Part shown: positions 11,087 through 22,600 of the stretch, piece by piece
Position numbering within the stretch: the first letter of the stretch is position 1
How the letters are laid out: every line of letters begins with the position of its first letter
DNA from: Takakia lepidozioides
Lineage: Eukaryota > Plantae > Bryophyta
Assembly (NCBI GenBank): GCA_030704615.1
Contig: CM060731.1
Span: 58,218,001 to 58,282,000, forward strand
DNA: 64,000 nt
Reading direction: 5' to 3'
Program-made: the position numbers and the translations under genes
Notes under the pieces: generated by a model
What the model was told of the DNA's origin: nothing
Seen by the model: the letters and a program-made list of their open reading frames with translations, nothing else
Database searches by the model: none

Positions 11087-12673
11087 ATGAGCAATTTCAG
11101 CAGCAAGCTTTTCCCGTTTCTGAGCTGCAGCAACGGTCCATTCAAAAGTGTATGCTTCGACATCGGTGGAGTTCTTCTTGTGCCGAACCTAGACAACAGT
11201 CATGGCACGCCGCTGCACCCCACTCGATTCAAGCGTATACTGCGCAGCCATGTTTGGTTCCAATATCTGGAGGGCAAGCTATCCTGGGCGGAAACCTTGC
11301 ACAGGGTGTCCCTCGACAACGGTTTCAATGCAGAAGATGTTCAAACATTCGTCGACAGAGCGAGAGGTTCTCTACGTCCTGTTACTGAAATTCTTCAACT
11401 GGTAGATGCTCTAGGTGCTACGGGCAAGCTCAAACTGTTCTGCATGACTAATGCTGCTAGAGAAGACTACGACTACCTCCTAGCGACATTCCCAGAAATT
11501 TTCCAGCAGTTTGATAGAGTGTTCTACTCCGCTGCCGTTGGGATTCGCAAACCCAGCTTCGGTTATTTCCAGCACGTTGTGCACGAGACGGGTTGCAAAG
11601 CATCAGAAACCATTTTCATCGACGACACACTACAGAATGTGGTTGCTGCTGAGTCCTTGGGGTTCACTGGTGTTCTTGTCGGATCGGAAGACGTCAAGGT
11701 GACGGTCAACCTCGTATTGTACCATCTTCGCACTGACGAGGAGAGGCTGTTAGCCGCTGCTGATTATTTGTTGCGGAGGAAAGGACCAGTTGATAGATGT
11801 CCCTCTCTTACGTCAGACGGCCTTCGAGTCACACAGCAATTCGACCACTTTTTTATTGCGGAGCTGCTAGAGGACCCAGACTTCCTCCCCATGGACAAAG
11901 CTCCAGCAACCGGGACTTTTAACTTTTTCCCTCCAGAGGAAAGGCTGGTCCAAAGAGATCAAAATACCAACGCGGCCACCCACACAACTTTCCCAGATGA
12001 TCTCGACACAACCTCAATGGCGCTAAGTGCCTTGTACAAATTCTCGAAAGTGGACATGAAAACAATCTACGCCGTATTGGACAAGATGCTAGAAGCGAGG
12101 AACGAGGACGGCATTTTCAACATGCATTTCGACCCCTCGCGTCCAAGGGTAGATACTGTCAATCTGGTCCACATATCCCACCTATTTCACCTAGCAGGCC
12201 GACCCGCACCTGTGAAGAAGACCGAACAGTTTCTGTACAACTTGCTCAAGAGCAGAGCTTATCTGCGTGGGAGTATGTACTATCCCCTGCCGGACACCTT
12301 TTTGTGTCAGCTTACTCGCCTTGCATACAAGTTCGAGGAGCACTTCCAAAAGGCAGGCTTTCTGGAACTGCTGGCGCAGCGGGTGAGCGAGCGTGCTGGA
12401 AAGCAAGGGAGCGCTCTGGCCCTTGCAATGAGACTGCTCGCTTGCGAGCTGTGCGGCATACGCAACACCAGCGATCGGGAGCAGCTGGCACGGTTGCAGA
12501 ACGTGGATGGGTCATGGGATCTTTGTCCCTTCTATACCTACAGCGACCCCAAAAGCTGGTTCGGAAATAAGGTCACCACAACTGCTTTTGCCCTGGCTGC
12601 GCTCCGCAGTGGATATCACAACCCCAACTTGGGTGTTGAAACTCCATGCAATTCGACATGCACAGAGGCATGA
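11087..12673 (+). CDS. HAD-like hydrolase / class II terpene cyclase fusion (drimenol/albicanol synthase type, AstC/AncC/DMS-like), intronless, 528 aa
   Basis: N-terminal HAD motifs: FDIGGVL (I), MTNA (II), GIRKP (III), FIDDTLQN (IV). The C-terminal domain has FPDDLDTTS (DxDTT protonation motif) and the QW-like motif LQNVDGSW. The ORF is uninterrupted. Confidence 0.88.
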   Translation: MSNFSSKLFPFLSCSNGPFKSVCFDIGGVLLVPNLDNSHGTPLHPTRFKRILRSHVWFQYLEGKLSWAETLHRVSLDNGFNAEDVQTFVDRARGSLRPVTEILQLVDALGATGKLKLFCMTNAAREDYDYLLATFPEIFQQFDRVFYSAAVGIRKPSFGYFQHVVHETGCKASETIFIDDTLQNVVAAESLGFTGVLVGSEDVKVTVNLVLYHLRTDEERLLAAADYLLRRKGPVDRCPSLTSDGLRVTQQFDHFFIAELLEDPDFLPMDKAPATGTFNFFPPEERLVQRDQNTNAATHTTFPDDLDTTSMALSALYKFSKVDMKTIYAVLDKMLEARNEDGIFNMHFDPSRPRVDTVNLVHISHLFHLAGRPAPVKKTEQFLYNLLKSRAYLRGSMYYPLPDTFLCQLTRLAYKFEEHFQKAGFLELLAQRVSERAGKQGSALALAMRLLACELCGIRNTSDREQLARLQNVDGSWDLCPFYTYSDPKSWFGNKVTTTAFALAALRSGYHNPNLGVETPCNSTCTEA

Positions 12674-15600
12674 ACGGGAGACTCGTCGAGTTCTTCTCTT
12701 CGGATAGAATTTGAGTTCCGACATCGCCATTCTTCCCCCACCAGACTGGGCTTGAATTCTTGCAATTGTGGTATTGCAAGTAGTATCCACCATGTCGCCA
12801 TCTCGATTTCACTTCCACTACCTATTTGGGCTCATACAAACTTGCTGAAATGTCGAAATCTTTGGATTTGGAGTAGTATTTTGATACGTAATACATTCGA
12901 CATGCATATACGTGTGTTATTAATTGATTGTTTATTTGTAAAAAAAGCCCCAATTTTGAAAGACATGCTCAGTTCCAACCCTTTACTGTGACCCTCTCAA
13001 GACTCATACTCGTGAGGCTGGTACCCAATACCGACTTGAATCTGGAGTGTGCAGTGTGCATTCTTAGTCAGGCTTCTCCGTGCCCACATTACTGTGCTCT
13101 AGACTCTAGACCCAAGAACGTTAATATCATGTGATGGGCATATCGCGATTTGATTTGTAAAGTACAAATCAAAATCCAGATCCCTCATCTCAACCGTTTC
13201 ATCAACAAGTACAAGTTTAGAAGTTCGGTAGTAGAACTGAATCGTAGATCAGACCATGGGTCGAACAGGTACGTCACAGCTATGTCCTGTCACTGCAGGT
13301 ATAAACCTTGTAGGCTACATTTCTTCTGGCGTGAGCACATGTGGTACATACATATTGGATCCCCACCTTCTTATTGCAGGTGCCTTAAGTTTAGTGACGT
13401 TGCTGGTCCTCAACACAAGACAATACTTTGGGATTCACAGGTTGCCAGTTTTGGGGACTCATCTGCTACAGTAAGGCTACCATGGAACACCATGCACTTC
13501 ACTCGTTCCACTGCAACCATCTTATCGAGAACCACGCTTTCTATCTTGAAAAACTTTTATGATTGCTGTTTCAAAAATTGTCTTGCTTCCTATCTTCTTT
13601 GTTTGAAGTTGAGCTGCTCTCTTTTGCAAAGCTCTGCTTTCATATGAGCTCTATCTTCATAGCATATCAGGTTTGACACCCTTGCAGACAGCCATTGGTA
13701 TTTTACAGCTTCCTGCAATCTACCTTGACTGATCCTATTGGAATGGCTGTTGCTCAACATTCAGGCGTTCCCTCTGCACCACATCCCTAAGCAGAAGAAA
13801 ATTCCCATGAAGGCCGGTGTCATGTTGGCTGGAGCCCTTGGAGGTTGTACACCATTCACACCAATGACCGTCCCCCTATCTTTGTCACTGGAAAATTCAT
13901 AATTAAGACATGATTATCATTAAGTAGAAGTCTTTGTTACACTTGATCACTATAATCATGGCTTGCAACTCGAAAGTTCTGGGAGGTGGCCAGATTACCC
14001 CCCCAGGCTGTTAAAATTTAATCCAAGACTGCGTCTGTTTGCAAATTGCTCAGATGTATATTCTTTCTAGATAGATCTCGTAGTGGAAATTGCGTATGCA
14101 TGCAATCGGACTGGGTACTATTGTACAAACCAGAGTAACTCAAAACAAGATTCTGGCTCATTTTGACACCTCTAGAGAAAGTCTTTTTTTGCATGGATCA
14201 GGGTTTCAGAGACAAGGGTTTGAAAGATGTCTCTGCGATATCTTTGAGTTTGCCTGCTTGCTGATTTGTGTCTTTCTCAGAAAGAGGGAATCGAATAGAG
14301 AAGAAACAAGAAACCTTTGTTCTGGACAGTACATTGATCTGGAACGCACTTGAGTCTTCCAGCAACCTCCGATCCAATACATCCACAGTGGGTTGTACGA
14401 CCACGTCACCTCTAAGACCCACTACCCGGCTTCACCCTGCGCGCAAACTTGTGCATCAACCCGCCGTTTCTCCGTTCATGATCCTGTGACCCCTACAGGT
14501 TCTGGCCGCGACCCAGGTCAAAGTGCCGCCAACCCCAATTTGCCACCACTTTAGTATCCCCTCATTTCTGTTAAATTCAGATCTTCCTTAGTGTTGCTTT
14601 AAAGGCAATGCCGCCACTTGCACATTGCTTCAGGAATTCTTCGATTTGGCTCACATTTGCAAAAGGTATGAGCCAAACAGAAAACCAACGAAACCTGAAC
14701 ATAGAGCGCCATAGGCTTAAGAAGATGAGCTCTGTACAACTCTTTGCAGAGGATTTCTCTAGCACCAGTAAAGAAAGAGCCATACATTCTGGCCTTTCAG
14801 TTTCAAGCAGGTTGTCCTCCAGTGCTGAACATCTGTTGAGAGTCAGTAAGTTCAGCATTTCCATTGCATTCCTTTGCTGAATGTGCACTGACTGTCGACT
14901 TAAGTAATTTTTTCACGGTGGCCTGTCAGTGGCTGTGTGAGAGAAACCACCCATACTGAAAACAACTAGTGTAAGATAGCTGTTGAGCTAATTCAGAACA
15001 GGCTCATAGCCATACTCTAAGATGCAATAAACTTCTGCCAGGCACATTTGCAGGCAGAATGTTATGAAATACAACAAAACAATACCAATAAGAAGCACAC
15101 AGCAGGCTCCCATGTCCTTAGGATTTCACGGCAATAATGCCTCACTCTTCTGAACTGAGAAATGAGATAATGTCACAATGAGAAACCCACATTTGCTCAA
15201 TTGGAAAATTTGAGACCTTCAGAAAAGATGAAGATGACCTTCTTAACTTTGATTTGGGGAGACAAGACGCACAGACGTCTTGAACCAGCCGTAGGCCTTG
15301 CTGTTGCTTTTGTGAGGCTTCCAAAGCTGCTGCTTTGGATGCTACTTGTTGGATCTGCCTCAGCCTCTTTCCAGTTGTGTGTAAAGGATAACCTTATAGC
15401 CATTTTCCAGTCCAAAGCTACCTCCACAGGATCAAAACTCTCAAAGAACCTGAAGTAGCTGGAAGTCCAGTATACTACCGCAAGTGCATGTCGCTCTGCC
15501 CCTCTCTTCTCTGCATGCATTGTCGGCTTTGGTGATGGCAGCCTGTAGACAATTCCTTTCTCAATGCAATTTTCACTGGGCCGCTGGCATTCTGCATGAT

Positions 15601-15840
15601 ACCCGGAGACAAGGCTAGGATACGTGAAAGGGATACCAGCACTACTTCAAACGTTGACATCTAGGACACATGGAAGACTCACCAATCCCTGCAGAAGGGC
15701 ACTTCCCTGTGATTCTAGATCGTTTTTCTTCTTGCGGTTCAGCAACTCTCACTGTACGGGTCCCTCGTTAACCTCCGCAGCTTTCCTGCTCTTCTTTCAC
15801 TGTTCCCCACACTAGTCTACATCCAACATCTCCACACTCC

Positions 15841-17523
15841 CTACGATTCTGGCTCCTTCTTTATCTTTTTCTTCTCGCTTTTGGGATCTGACTCGCTAGG
15901 TCCCGTGTGTTCCTCTGTGTCTTTCTTCTTCTTCTTCTTCTTCTTCTCACTCTTCACCACAATAGCAGGCACCTGTACATCTGCCATCTCCACATCCTTC
16001 TTCTTGTTCTTCTTCTTCTCACTTGTAGCCTCCCCATTAGGAGTCCCAATGTCTGCTTCATCATCATTCTTCTTCTTCTTTTTCTTCGTAGTACCCTCAG
16101 GAAGTTCATCCAGATGGCTTGCCGCTTCCCTCGACCGCTTCTTCTTTGCCACATCTCCATCCTCCACGGGCTCGTCGACTTTCTTTGTCTTCTCCTTTTT
16201 CCTGGGCGTGTCTCCCCCTTCCACTGCCTCCCTTGGAATTTTAGTATCCTCCTTGGCAGGCGCGGGGCCCGTCTCTAAAGAAGTAGGCACATTTCTAAGC
16301 CACTCGGCGGGAGTTTTTTCATTCGGTTTCCCATGCTTGTCCAGAAGCCCATCGCTGATCATCTTCTTCTTCGTCGATGCCCGCGGACCAAGACCCCACT
16401 TCCTCGGATATGTGTCTCTTTCCATGACCACCCTCTTCACTTTGGCCACTACGCCATGGTCGCAGGTAGCCATGTCCGATGTTGTCATCTGGGCGATCCC
16501 AAGCGCAATAGCCTCCCCTTTGGTGGTCATCAACACCACCTCCTCTCCTACTTCAATTGCTTGCTCATATCTAAGGAGCCCAGGAATCATGAGCTTCGCA
16601 CCATAGCAGATAGCATTCACAGCACTGTCTTTCACCACTAGCCGCTTGTAACTGGTGAGAAGAACCTCCAGAGGCATTATAGCGCGCCGCAAGTAACTCT
16701 CGTCCTTGTGATTGTCATAAACCCATTGCGCATCCAGCACGTCATGCATTGTCACCAGGTTGTCCTTCTCCCCTAAAATTCCTGATCGCACCCTCCGAAG
16801 CTCCTGCATGTGACCGCCCACCCCCAGGAGCAGACCCAAATGGACACACAGTGTTCGAATGTAGGTCCCTGCTTCGCACGAAACCCAGAACACCACCAAA
16901 TGCCTCTCAGCATCATACTCGAGCAATTTGCTCTCATAGATAGTCCGAATCCGCAGCTGTCGCTTCACAGCTGAGATCAGAGGTGGCCGCTGGAACAGAG
17001 CCCCGGTCAGAGTCTCAATTGCCTGTGCAACCTTTGCAACATTATCAACAGCTGAATGCAACCTAGCCACGCACACGTACTCTTTACCTGCACCCTGCTG
17101 GGCCTTCACAAGCCTGGTGGCCCTATCCACACAGACAATCAAACTTCCAGTAACTTTGGGATCTAGTGTCCCACTGTGCCCGGTTTTGTCAACCCTCAGC
17201 ATCCTTCGAATCCATGCCACCACCTCGTGCGACGAAGGGTTAGCGGGCTTGTCCAGATTGATCACTCCATACCGCACGTAATCAAACAAGGGTCTCTTCA
17301 AAGGAGAATGCCCAGCGGGGATGGGTGTGTAATGCCCTGTTCTAACGTTCAGCTTGTCGTAATTCTTCAGCAAAATTGGCCACTTGGAGGTATCCAACGG
17401 AGGCGTGGTTGTCTGGGGCTTTATGAGGTACTCCGTATCTGCGTCCTCGGCGACCACCAGCTGCCCTCCTTCTCCATGACCCTCCTTGTCTTTCCTCTTC
17501 TTCTTGCTTTCTGAGCCCGCCAT
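15841..17523 (-). CDS. CBF5: H/ACA snoRNP pseudouridine synthase Cbf5/dyskerin/NAP57, intronless, 560 aa
   Basis: TruB-family motifs [17 protein letters not shown] and [14 protein letters not shown] (catalytic Asp), PUA domain ([10 protein letters not shown]), [12 protein letters not shown], Lys/Glu-rich tail; ATG at 17523. Confidence 0.97.
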   Translation of the reverse strand: MAGSESKKKRKDKEGHGEGGQLVVAEDADTEYLIKPQTTTPPLDTSKWPILLKNYDKLNVRTGHYTPIPAGHSPLKRPLFDYVRYGVINLDKPANPSSHEVVAWIRRMLRVDKTGHSGTLDPKVTGSLIVCVDRATRLVKAQQGAGKEYVCVARLHSAVDNVAKVAQAIETLTGALFQRPPLISAVKRQLRIRTIYESKLLEYDAERHLVVFWVSCEAGTYIRTLCVHLGLLLGVGGHMQELRRVRSGILGEKDNLVTMHDVLDAQWVYDNHKDESYLRRAIMPLEVLLTSYKRLVVKDSAVNAICYGAKLMIPGLLRYEQAIEVGEEVVLMTTKGEAIALGIAQMTTSDMATCDHGVVAKVKRVVMERDTYPRKWGLGPRASTKKKMISDGLLDKHGKPNEKTPAEWLRNVPTSLETGPAPAKEDTKIPREAVEGGDTPRKKEKTKKVDEPVEDGDVAKKKRSREAASHLDELPEGTTKKKKKKNDDEADIGTPNGEATSEKKKNKKKDVEMADVQVPAIVVKSEKKKKKKKKDTEEHTGPSESDPKSEKKKIKKEPES

Positions 17524-17664
17524 TGTGGCCAGCTCGGGAGCCAAAGAGAGGGCAGCAGAGCAGCGACGAGGTGAAAAGAGCGAGCAAGTGTGAAGCCTCA
17601 CGCACAAGTGCAGGAAGCCAGCACACTCAAGGCTGCACACCGAAGTAAAACACTCACACCACGC

Positions 17665-17849
17665 CAGGGTTTAGGGTTCAGCCCCACCGCAATCTCAACC
17701 GTCCACTCCGTCCCTTAAGTTTCTTTTGTTTTTTTCCCACCAAAATGAGAGGGAGGAAATCCCAGAATGAAAAATGCGTGAAGGATCCAGCTCAGCTACC
17801 CTTCACCAATTTGCACCAGCCAACTTCGTTGTGGCCGAGATTAGGGTTT
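17665..17849 (-). promoter_or_regulatory. Telo-box (AAACCCTA-like) elements upstream of CBF5
   Basis: agggtttagggtt at ~17666-17678 and ttagggttt at 17841-17849; telo-boxes are typical of plant ribosome-biogenesis gene promoters. Confidence 0.6.
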
Positions 17850-17850
17850 C

Positions 17851-18762
17851 CAGTGTTGTGCGGGTCCGGGTTTTGAAGGCGGGTACCCGGCGGGTTAGGA
17901 TCCGGGTTACCCGGACCCGCACCCGGACCCGCACCCGGACCCGTGCTATCACAAAAAACCCCGACCCTAACCTAAAATGATCCCGGAACCGGAACCGGAC
18001 CCGCCTGCTGGGTCCAGAACCCGTTAAACCCGCTACCCGTGGGCCAATATAGGGGGTCAGGGTCGGGGTCTTAAATTTAGATGGGGCATGCGGGGTCCAC
18101 CTTAGATCTGGTAGGTTTTGTCATATGTGTGGAGGGGACGAGCAGCAATAGGCAGCAGCAGCAGCCAACCCCACCACGTTATAGCCCAGTGGTAATGCCC
18201 ACATACCACCTCAAAAGCGGTTGTGGGTTCAATCCCCGGAGTGGTGTCACAAAGTTGTCCCCTCTGGGACCATAATTTACACCTCCCAAAGGAGACGACA
18301 TATATTATTATTATGCCAGATCCCACACATCCATGCTATAGTGATCTACCCTTGAGGCATATTACTATTCTTAACATGTTTAAAGAATTGATATTGAAAA
18401 ATAGAAAATGGAACTCAAACTTAATTTAATTCTTATTCATGGTATATATATTCATATTCATGGTATATTTTGAAAGAATGTCTCTTAAAATAAAATTCAT
18501 TATTAGGATTTAAAGTTTTTTCCAGCCAAAACCTGATTTTCTAATTTATTTAATCAATAAATTAGGACCCGGATCCGAACCCGTGAACCCGCTAATATTT
18601 CCCAACAACTACCCGGGCCCTAACCCGAGTCCGTGTTGACAAACCCGGACCCGGATTTTCCAAATTTCAAAAACCCGGATCCGGACCCGGACTTGGCTCC
18701 GAAAAAAAACCCGCACCCGGACCCCGCGGGTTCCTTAAAAAGGCAGAACCCGCACAACACTG
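17851..18762. mobile_element. Non-autonomous hAT-like DNA transposon (MITE)
   Basis: Perfect 15-bp TIR CAGTGTTGTGCGGGT / ACCCGCACAACACTG; dense subterminal ACCCG/CCGGAC repeats at both ends; AT-rich core; no clear TSD. Confidence 0.75.
18172..18300 (+). mobile_element. tRNA-derived SINE head (Pol III A/B boxes) inside the MITE
   Basis: A box TAGCCCAGTGG at 18182-18192 and B box GGTTCAATCCC at 18226-18236; no intact cloverleaf. Confidence 0.5.
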
Positions 18763-19682
18763 GTTTTTTCCCAAATACAAGAAGACTCGATTTTTGGAAA
18801 ATGGAGCTTCCATGTCCATTCTTGAAGGATGGAAGGGTTTGGAATGGAGAAGCAGCAACTCGATGCAAAGAGACCCTACAATGCAATCCGCACTGACTTC
18901 CTCTCTGTGTACAAGGCTCTGTCTGGCAAGTAGGTGTAGATGACCCATTCGCAGGGACTGCATGGGTTTGTTGGTTTGGGGCTTAAGACAAGACTGGAAT
19001 GTTTTGCAGTAGGAGCTCAGAGCCTGGTGGCTCCTACTGATATCGGAAATTGCTCCTCTCTGTTGTTTTACAGCACCATCAAGCCTAAAGTCAAAAGACT
19101 CCACTTTCACTAAATGCAATGACAAATGGGATCTACATGAACAATTGTCAAGCACCCTAAGATGTTGCCATTTTTTCTTTCCCACATACTTGAATCCACA
19201 ACTAAGACCAAAGTTTTCACCAGGAAGGCACCTGACCAGATCTATCCAGCAAGGTAAAAGCACCATTACCAGCTACCAGCTACCACCTACCAAGGAAATC
19301 CAGAAACTAGTTAATTGCTCATGCTGCAGGTATAGCAACAAAATGTGGTGAAAAGAATATACCTCATCTGTATATACAAAAGGCCCCGAAAGTTTTCGGG
19401 GAAATTTTACACTATTCGATCCTCAATATGCAAGGTTTAAGCTTGTGGGCTCTCTCAACCAATGAGATATTTTGAGCCTATCTTCTGAGCAACTGCCAAT
19501 CAACATGATTGCTCGACATTTCAAATCACAGTATACACAGTGGGGACAAAATGCTGTTTCCTAACATAGCCTCTTTTGGTTTTGGGAACAATCGAAGGAC
19601 ATGGGTGCTGTTGAGTAGTCACAAAAAAAACCCATGCCTTTCCATTGTAAAATTCAGATAAGGAGTCCGAGTGGCGTTTGGA

Positions 19683-22600
19683 TCATTGACCCCGAAGGCG
19701 ACACATGGAGCAGCCAAGGCAGTACTCCTGTCCATTTGGCAAGTGGGCAACCCGCAGCGGGCAGAAGTCCGGACCTCTGCACTTAGGGATGACATAGCTA
19801 CGCTGCATGTCAGGGCGGGTAGAGTGACAGTTATCACAAAAGTGGGTCTGCCCAAAGCAAAAATAGGTGGCAGGTGAGCAGCAGTAGCGACACTTGAACT
19901 CCACATACTCCTTTCCATGCCCTTTTTGGCACAGGCCCTGGCCAGCTGCTGCGCTGCAGCCTCCGCAGACCAGATCCATGGGGTTGTGCCTGGCATTGTT
20001 CCCCTCCATCTGGCCCCTGGTAATACCCAATGATTTCAGGCGATATCATCAATGGAAAATATAAAATGTTTAATTAAGTTCCATGACTGCCAAACTAACA
20101 CACAACACAATGTTCTGACACCGAGGAGAGAGGTATTCATTTACCATTCCATCGAGACATTAGCTATTGACATACCCTGAGCAACAGAGTGCCCATCGGG
20201 TATAAGGGGTATGTAAGACGGAGATGGAGTGTTTGCAGTAAGAGCTGGTAGACATCATTCGCGAAAACAGATTTGATACCAAGCAGTTTTAATCACAGGT
20301 CTTTGAATATTGATGCAGATGTCTTCTACAGCATCGTGAATTTAATTCTGCTCAGTGAGGGGGACATAACAGACAATAGATCAGGCATGAGCAGACAATG
20401 ATTACACACCTGGCATTGGCATTACAGTTGCGTTTCCCACCAAAGTAAGGAGTTTGGCATTTGCAGCACATATAGTACTGGTACAGCTGTAGAGCAAAGG
20501 CTGCTGGCCTTCCATCAAAACTGCCACCTGGTTTTAGCTCAGTGACCGATTTTAGCAACCCTTCCATCTTCAGGCGTTTCATAGCCTTATCCTTCACCTG
20601 ACAAGGTCAAAGGTTTTAACAGACGACTAGTTAGAAGCATTATCAAATATAGTTGGTATTTCAGTTCACTAGGCAGGATCATGACTTGTTGCCTATATTT
20701 GGGCTCCACTATGTTCTTCACTCTAGGCTCTGAATGGGGCAGGGGGAGAACCCAGTGAGTGAAGCAGACAGATAGACAACCACCTCTAGCAAAGACAAAG
20801 ACACAATCAAAACAGGAAGATTACACAACTACAAGAGAGTAGGATGACTTACCAGGGCCATCAATACCAAAGGCTTGTGCATGAGAAACTCAAGGGTGGA
20901 GTGTTGCATGAGCTCTGAACACTGTGGGCAGTTCAGATATCCAAAGCTAATCTCAGGGCCGGGAAAACCCTGTGCAAGTTTCTGCTTGGCACAGTGTAAA
21001 TGGATGACATGGCCACAGTGCAGCTGGACAGAAGGTGCACACCGCAAAGGCTCCACTAAACATATGCTACAGAAGTCTTTGGCAGACGGCAGAAACCGGC
21101 CCCCCAGACGCAATGCAGAATTGTGCCGGCAATCATCCTGGATACAGGGCATAGAGAAATGCATAGAGAGTTAGGACATTAATTGATTGATACAAATTCA
21201 AAGTCTGTTACCACCCATACCAAGTCCAACGACAGGCCTGACCTTCAACTGACAGCAACATCATCTGGCACCACTGTCATAACATGCAAGAACCAGAACT
21301 CTGAAATGTTCTAGCTCATTTCATTGGTCTACGGCAACTCCAGTCCAACCTCTCTCTCTCTCCACTGCAGTGCCAAAACAGCCACATCACATCTACTATG
21401 TAGTCAATGCCAGCTCATCAATCACCACTCTCTTCCCTGATGCAGTAAGCCAACTTCCACCAGAAATAGTCAACGATCCATATCTTCCTCACTTCCATCC
21501 ACTCTCCCTTTCTACAAGGAGTAGAAACCTGTGGCAGGGTACCTCTAAGCAAGGTAAGCAAAGTCGTTCACCTCGCACACCACCACAGTGATGCCCACAT
21601 TCCAGGCTCCGTGTACAGGCTGTCTGTGCACGCTTGCGACATTCTTTGGAATTACAGATATCAGCTATGAAACGTTGAACTGCAACTAGCTCCCTCTTCT
21701 CCACACACCAGAGCGTGTCTACCCCCTCTCTCTCCAGCTCATTCTGCAACTCCTTCACAGACCTGAATCAACCATCAAGTTATGAATAATCCACATGTTA
21801 AGTCTGGAGTGACACTACTGCCTGTTCAATCATTTGCATTCTGTTGTAAGGAATGTTCAATGGCCACAGGGCTACGGCAAACAACGTCTTATGAGTACAA
21901 TCTGTTGTAAGGAAACAACAGAAGAAATAATGTATGTGCACCTGGGGCTCAGCTCCTTCTCCTCCTGTCTCTGGAAGCTGCGCACGGGAGTCTCGCAGTA
22001 AAGACATCTGATGGCATTCTTCTCCTCTTCCACCTCCTCACAAGTTCTTCCCAAATGGTAGGGGAAGGCCATGCAGAGCCCACAGAAATCAACCGAGCAA
22101 ACTGTGCACCTGAACCGGTTGGCTGCCTTGTGACACATAGCGGATCGGGATAGCCGTCGCCCTTCATTGTCGAGTTCGATGAAGGGAGCTGTCCTATCAA
22201 ATTCAGGCACCCCTGATAGAGCCACTTCGGGAGGGAGCTTGCTAGCAACCTTCTCAAACACCACCTGGCACCCAGGGCATTTGACAAATGCCGCATTCTT
22301 CTCAAAAAGGGCCTCATTGGCAGCCTCCTCCCACTTCCTGACCAAAAGAAAATCTTGTCTAAGAGTAGTTATAAGCATATCTCTTGAGCTGTTACAGGTT
22401 GCTGTGAGTTGTTACAATTGTTGTACAGCAAGATTTCAACATTGATCCATGGATCTACCCAGGTACAACTCACAGATACTGGAGGATGACTGCATGGTTT
22501 ACATGAGGAAATACAGTCACATCACTAACTGGCAAGAACCTTCAAGCCAAAAAACCTAATGATGAAATTTGATCATACCCAAATTTAAACTGAGAAAAGC

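Noticed and set aside
13150-15660. Coding sequence between the cyclase and CBF5
   Set aside because: Only short ORFs without recognisable domains
15881-16606. 241-aa plus-strand ORF
   Set aside because: Antisense shadow of the low-complexity CBF5 tail
17524-17640. N-terminal extension of CBF5 in the ORF track
   Set aside because: Starts at GTG; conserved-looking sequence begins at ATG 17523
18172-18246. Functional tRNA gene
   Set aside because: A and B boxes are present, but the acceptor and anticodon stems do not pair; treated as a SINE head
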